Under the pieces are notes generated by a model. That model was not told the DNA's origin. It was given only the letters and a program-made list of their open reading frames with translations, and ran no database searches. A stretch of DNA of 63,395 bases, the filler included, from Octopus bimaculoides (Eukaryota), in assembly GCF_001194135.2 (NCBI RefSeq). It is 5 parts of 5 records of this genome, joined end to end, with 100 filler letters (N's around TTAATTAATTAA, not from the genome) between each part and the next. Parts side by side here need not be neighbours in the genome. Positions count along the whole stretch, not along the records: positions 58,813 to 63,395 come from NC_068983.1; 4 more parts are not named here. One strand, 5' to 3'. Positions within the stretch are counted from its first letter, which is position 1. Every line of letters begins with the position of its first letter. Position numbers and translations under genes: made by a program. Positions 63,107 to 63,395 of the stretch are shown here, one piece after another.

Positions 63107-63395
63107 GGAAGATCCGTAAGAAAGTACATATGAGGTATCGATGCTTTTGCGATGTAAAACGAATACAAATAGAAAAAGAAGTCAGCTGTGGGTGTAGGGA
63201 GAGCGAACTATATCAGTCGTTGACAAACGAGTAAAATAACCAAGCTACTCTAGTGACAAACGGATAGCATCAGGGTGGTGGAAGAAATGGATAATGAAAA
63301 ACAGACGAATTACATTTTATTTTTCTATTCCCACCCCGACTAATATACAGCTTAAATCAAATACTTATATAACTTTTCATATATATAAATATATA

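Overview
Eukaryotic, AT-rich, microsatellite-dense genomic DNA. The repeat families look like those of a coleoid cephalopod (Octopus-like); this is an inference from pattern recognition, not a search. The only confidently identifiable protein gene is the 5' part of calreticulin (CALR, minus strand, exons 1-3 at 6260-6173, 2105-1998, 1868-1665). A perfect ER-stress element (CCAAT-N9-CCACG) lies about 200 bp upstream. Weak candidate exons of an unidentified plus-strand gene lie at 12.4-15.8 kb. The rest is mobile DNA: about 20 copies or fragments of one tRNA-headed SINE, three other tRNA-derived SINEs, RTE LINE 3' ends, R4/Dong-clade LINE fragments, hAT and piggyBac-like MITEs, a palindromic DD41D Tc1/mariner derivative, several long fold-back elements and tandem arrays of a ~150-bp dispersed repeat. 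The most interesting signal is a small family of type I hammerhead-ribozyme-like cassettes. They have a long stem II and a palindromic stem III (GAAAC-AGCU-GUH) and occur as inverted pairs at 13.7-14.8 kb and 48.7-49.1 kb. Four identical 100-bp spacers (44 N + TTAATTAATTAA + 44 N) are artificial joins, so contiguity across them is unproven. Repeat boundaries are approximate unless TSDs are given.
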